A stretch of 26,493 nt of DNA from an uncultured virus (IMG/VR IMGVR_UViG_3300027708_000048) (lineage: Duplodnaviria > Heunggongvirae > Uroviricota > Caudoviricetes), in IMG/VR virus record IMGVR_UViG_3300027708_000048. One strand, written 5' to 3'. The translations under genes and the position numbers were made by a program. The notes beneath the pieces were generated by a model. It made no database searches and was not told where the DNA came from. It worked only from the letters and a program-made list of their open reading frames with translations. Positions within the stretch are counted from its first letter, which is position 1. Each line of letters opens with the position of its first letter. Below are positions 24,936 through 26,493 of this stretch, one piece after another.

Positions 24936-25967
24936 ATGATAGTTGCAATCTCTTACTACGGAGCAGATAAGCCGCTTATGGAGCGTTGGGCGGCTCATGT
25001 TAAGAAACTTGGGCCTTACCCAAACCACAAGATCATCCTTCTTCCAGCACACAATGCCAATACTGATGGCGTGATAGAGCCATTGCGTGAGTGCTTTGGA
25101 TCTGTGGAGGTTAGGCCATGCTACCACACGCAGACTGGGTGGCCTGTTTCCTGCAATCTGGCATTTGAGAACATTGCTCGTCATGCCGCTGACAACCTAA
25201 AGGCTCCGTTCTTGTGGATGGAGCCAGATGCCATTCCAATCCAACCGCAGTGGCTTGATTCGATTGAGCTTGCCTACAAATCCTGTGGACAGCCTTTTAT
25301 GGGAGACTTTGTAGGTATTGCTGGCATCATGCCCAACGGAGTTGACCATATGAGCGGGATTGCCGTGTATCACTGGGATCTCCATAGGCTTGCACCATCC
25401 TTGTTTAACAACGAGCGGCTTGCTTGGGACATTGCTAGTGCAAAGCAAGTTATTCCATTGTTCGCCAGAACAAGCCTTATCCAGCATGATTGGGTTCCAA
25501 CCAAGGCATGGAGGAGGGATAAGGTTGATGTCTCTTGCGTTAATCCTTTAGCTGTCATATATCATCCAGATAAGTTGGGTGTATTATTCAACGATGGCTT
25601 ATCTCCGAATGGTACGCAGGGAGATCCTGCGGCGGGTGTCCCCTGTGAGGGAAGTCCTCATGAAACAAAGGAAAAGCCATTTGCTGGGACTCAACCAGCA
25701 ATAGACCTAGCAATCTCCAACGCAATCAATGTATTAATATTCCATGCAAAACAATCCAGAAAAGCCAAAAAGGAAATCACGCAACGGCTCTGCCAAGAAA
25801 ACTTCTTTGCCAAAGCCAAGAGTGCCAAGCAGTCTCGAAAGAAAGTTCGATCTGCTTTGGGCAAGCGTAAAGGGGCCGATTCTGGAGACGGAGTATCGGT
25901 TTCATCCAACGAGGAAGTGGAGAGCCGATTATGTGCATCACGAAAGCCACACTCTCATAGAGATTGA
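24936..25967 (+). CDS. GT-A-like glycosyltransferase-related protein with long C-terminal extension
   Basis: GWPVSCNLAF, PFLWMEPDAIP (DxD-like), WLDSIE..Y, HMSGIAVY, AWD, VIYHPDK; the last ~74 codons overlap the next gene. Confidence 0.6.
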   Translation: MIVAISYYGADKPLMERWAAHVKKLGPYPNHKIILLPAHNANTDGVIEPLRECFGSVEVRPCYHTQTGWPVSCNLAFENIARHAADNLKAPFLWMEPDAIPIQPQWLDSIELAYKSCGQPFMGDFVGIAGIMPNGVDHMSGIAVYHWDLHRLAPSLFNNERLAWDIASAKQVIPLFARTSLIQHDWVPTKAWRRDKVDVSCVNPLAVIYHPDKLGVLFNDGLSPNGTQGDPAAGVPCEGSPHETKEKPFAGTQPAIDLAISNAINVLIFHAKQSRKAKKEITQRLCQENFFAKAKSAKQSRKKVRSALGKRKGADSGDGVSVSSNEEVESRLCASRKPHSHRD

Positions 25968-26133
25968 GGGTGGGGCTTGGGGAGGTCGCCATGCTAGGGG
26001 CGGTGGATTCCTTAAAGATGCAGAGAAATACTGGGAGGCTACGAAGTTAGGGTGGAAGGTTGTTAGGTGGACAGCCCCGCTTATTACCATAGAGAATTGC
26101 GAGAATCTAAAGGAAATGCTTCTAAATGATTAG
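25744..26133 (+). CDS. Phage Vsr/DUF559-like PD-(D/E)XK endonuclease
   Basis: EYRFHPTRKWRADY, LIEIEGGAW.GRH.RG.GF.KDAEKY..A..LGWKVVR; exact start uncertain. Confidence 0.85.
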   Translation: MQNNPEKPKRKSRNGSAKKTSLPKPRVPSSLERKFDLLWASVKGPILETEYRFHPTRKWRADYVHHESHTLIEIEGGAWGGRHARGGGFLKDAEKYWEATKLGWKVVRWTAPLITIENCENLKEMLLND

Positions 26134-26140
26134 AAAGCCG

Positions 26141-26170
26141 TTGACGATTTAGTAGAAGTTAAGGTAGTTG
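26141..26170 (+). promoter_or_regulatory. Putative sigma70-like promoter of the capsid gene
   Basis: TTGACG 7 nt after the upstream stop, with a weak -10 candidate (TAGTTG at 18-nt spacing) just before a structured leader. Confidence 0.35.
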
Positions 26171-26171
26171 C

Positions 26172-26266
26172 TTGGTTATGGCGTATCTGGGTTCGCCGCC
26201 AGAAAATAAGCGTAGGAGGTGTCGCTTCTCCAAAACCAGAGTAAGCATCCGCTTATTCATAACCAA
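26172..26266 (+). promoter_or_regulatory. Structured 5' leader (multi-branch fold) of the putative capsid gene
   Basis: TTGGTTATG(26172-80)/CATAACCAA(26258-66), AATAAGCG/CGCTTATT and TCTGG/CCAGA pairings. Confidence 0.5.
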
Positions 26267-26293
26267 AACCAAACCAATTTATCTTTAACTTAT

Positions 26294-26493
26294 ATGGCTA
26301 TTACTTGCTCCACAGTTAACGATCTGTTCCAGCGGGAAACCAATCGGTTCTCCGTTGATGTTCACGAGCGTTACTCCGTTGACGGCCCTTGGGGTCGTCT
26401 AGTCCGTGTTGGCAAATTCCCACAGGGAATGGGCGTAACACTTTCCGAAATCACAGTTGAGCGTGTCCTCTCTGGCTCGTTTGAAAACAGCTG
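26294..26493 (+). CDS. Probable major capsid protein, N-terminus (3'-truncated; absent from the ORF track)
   Basis: Open frame MAITCSTVNDLFQRETNRFSVDVHERYSVDGPWGRLVRVGKFPQGMGVTLSEITVERV...; own promoter and long A/C-rich leader; helix followed by a PxGxG..(L/I) beta segment as in HK97-fold capsid E-loop starts. Confidence 0.55.
   Translation, partial: MAITCSTVNDLFQRETNRFSVDVHERYSVDGPWGRLVRVGKFPQGMGVTLSEITVERVLSGSFENS

Larger units (their letters stand above)
1..26493. mobile_element. Tailed dsDNA bacteriophage genome segment (podovirus-like structural module)
   Basis: Terminase motifs, phage DnaB/nuclease/SSB cluster, tightly packed translationally coupled small ORFs, very large virion-type proteins and no host housekeeping genes. 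Confidence 0.93.

Noticed and set aside
1..26493. tRNA genes, hammerhead ribozymes, integrase/att sites, alternative genetic code
   Set aside because: No cloverleaf found by eye in intergenic DNA; the CTGATGA matches I noticed lie inside CDSs; no recombinase; long genes are intact under the standard code

Overview
A 26.5-kb segment of a tailed dsDNA phage with podovirus-like structural genes. Most start codons have A/C-rich leaders without a Shine-Dalgarno site while promoters look sigma70-like, which tentatively suggests a PVC/Verrucomicrobiota-type host. Gene order: 3' end of the terminase large subunit; PD-(D/E)XK nuclease, DnaB helicase and a small SSB-like protein; small hypothetical genes and a GT4 glycosyltransferase; a minus-strand cassette encoding a putative amidoligase (COOH-NH2 ligase) and a class II glutamine amidotransferase; about 1.2 kb of structured non-coding DNA; an HTH terminase-small-subunit-like gene; a non-coding hairpin array; a second glycosyltransferase-like gene; a virion module (adaptor-like protein, ejection-like proteins including a 1859-aa protein, a 59-aa-repeat protein, small tail proteins); a third glycosyltransferase-like gene overlapping an endonuclease; and the start of a probable major capsid gene. 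The most striking unexplained signal is nine hairpins at 10209-10501. They have different stem sequences but all carry a tandem 5'-GA/GA-3' mismatch, three of them around a GC-GNA-GC mini-hairpin. The structure works only on the + strand and sits next to a sharp strand-skew switch, and an outlying copy lies at about 5540. All product calls come from motif recognition by eye; no database searches were run.
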